From assembly GCF_003018255.1 (NCBI RefSeq), contig NZ_CP027440.1: a stretch of DNA of 64,000 nt, one strand, 5' to 3'. Of the stretch, positions 63,131-64,000 are shown in pieces (the first letter of the stretch is position 1; the number at the start of each line of letters is the position of its first letter). The notes under the pieces were generated by a model that ran no database searches, was not told where the DNA came from, and saw only the letters and a list, made by a program, of their open reading frames with translations. The position numbers were made by a program, and so were the translations under genes. This DNA is from Escherichia coli. Its GTDB lineage: Bacteria; Pseudomonadota; Gammaproteobacteria; Enterobacterales; Enterobacteriaceae.

Positions 63131-64000
63131 TTAAAAACTGTTCCTGCGCTGCCAGAGCAGTAGCAAAAAAAATGGTCCACCAATCAGTGAGATAATGATT
63201 CCGGCAGGCAGTTGCAAAGGCAAAAAAGCCAAACGACCAATGCTATCCGCCAGAATAACTAACAACGCCCCCGATACCGCGCTCCCCAGCAGTAATGTCG
63301 TCTGCCCGCCACGTAGAATAAAACGTGATATATGGGGTGCTATCAATCCGACAAAACCGATGTTACCAACACACGAAACGCAGACGGCTGTCAGGATTAT
63401 TGGTGCGGCGACACGTAACAACGCCAGACGAGAACTATTCACCCCTAACCCGGTTGCAACCTGATGACCAAGCAGAGCGATATCCGCCGTCCTGGCGGTG
63501 AACAGCAATAAAAGAGCGGCTGGCAACATCCAACAGGCTGAAATACCGACTAACATCCAGTTAGCTGCATGCAGGCTTCCCGATAACCACATCAATGCAG
63601 TTTGTACATCTCGAACATCTGCAGTGGTCATAAATACACCGATACCGGCGGCGAAAAACCAGGAAACACCAATACCAATCAGAACAAATCGCGGGCGGGA
63701 AATATCGCGCGCACAAAAAATCACGATTAAAGCCACCAACAAGCCACCAGCAAGACCAGCCACTGGACGCCAGAACATTCCCAGCATTGGAAACTGGAAA
63801 ATCAGCCACAGCACCGCCACGCTACATCCTTCTTTGACGCCGATTAAACCAGGATCGGCAAGGCCGTTACGCGCAATGGATTGCATCGCGGCCCCCGCCA
63901 TACCTAACATGGCTCCGCATAGCAATGCCATGATGACTCTCGGCAAGCGAATATCCTGCACAATATAACGTGCGTCTGTGCTTACGTTTTCTGGAGCAAA
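63131..64000 (-). CDS. FecCD-family ABC permease, N-terminus beyond the window edge
   Basis: Polytopic membrane ORF; coding frame continues to position 64000. Confidence 0.7.
   Translation of the reverse strand, partial: FAPENVSTDARYIVQDIRLPRVIMALLCGAMLGMAGAAMQSIARNGLADPGLIGVKEGCSVAVLWLIFQFPMLGMFWRPVAGLAGGLLVALIVIFCARDISRPRFVLIGIGVSWFFAAGIGVFMTTADVRDVQTALMWLSGSLHAANWMLVGISACWMLPAALLLLFTARTADIALLGHQVATGLGVNSSRLALLRVAAPIILTAVCVSCVGNIGFVGLIAPHISRFILRGGQTTLLLGSAVSGALLVILADSIGRLAFLPLQLPAGIIISLIGGPFFLLLLWQRRNSF

Overview
This window reads as an Escherichia coli-type chromosome segment, colinear with the K-12 backbone glcA-glcBGFED / glcC - yghO ... yghQRST - pitB - gss - yghU - hybGFEDCBAO - yghW - yghX - gpr - yqhA - yghA - exbDB - metC - yghB - yqhC/yqhD - dkgA - yqhGH - ygiQ - ftsP - plsC - parC - ygiS - ygiV - ygiW - qseBC - ygiZ - mdaB - ygiN. 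Gene identities are assigned from recognised protein sequences and lengths in the supplied ORF track, not from any database search, and several track ORFs were trimmed to the internal start that gives the known protein length. No tRNA, rRNA, CRISPR array or transposase was found. Against that backbone the window carries accessory content that K-12 lacks. (1) The main finding is an intact ~13 kb lipid locus between glcC and pitB (9651-22624). It holds a GNAT-like acyltransferase (yghO), an acyl-AMP ligase, an NAD-dependent epimerase-family reductase, a dedicated acyl carrier protein and a serine-palmitoyltransferase-like alpha-oxoamine synthase. That is the gene set described for bacterial ceramide synthesis in Caulobacter. 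It is followed by a paralogous LptF/LptG-like permease pair, a signal-peptide protein, an unknown protein, a full-length MOP flippase (yghQ) and three tandem thymidylate-kinase-like P-loop proteins (yghR, yghS, yghT). I read this as a candidate sphingolipid-like biosynthesis, modification and export system; K-12 retains only yghO and yghQRST around an IS5 insertion. (2) An AT-rich orphan type VI module, hcp plus a translationally coupled lysozyme/SLT-like protein, sits directly upstream of ygiZ, which makes ygiZ a candidate immunity gene. (3) An RpiR-family regulator with a siderophore/cobalamin-type ABC importer follows ygiN where K-12 has parE. The mqsRA toxin-antitoxin pair is absent between ygiS and ygiV, and yghX is an intact dienelactone hydrolase gene. 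Hairpin and repeat coordinates are approximate to a few bases.
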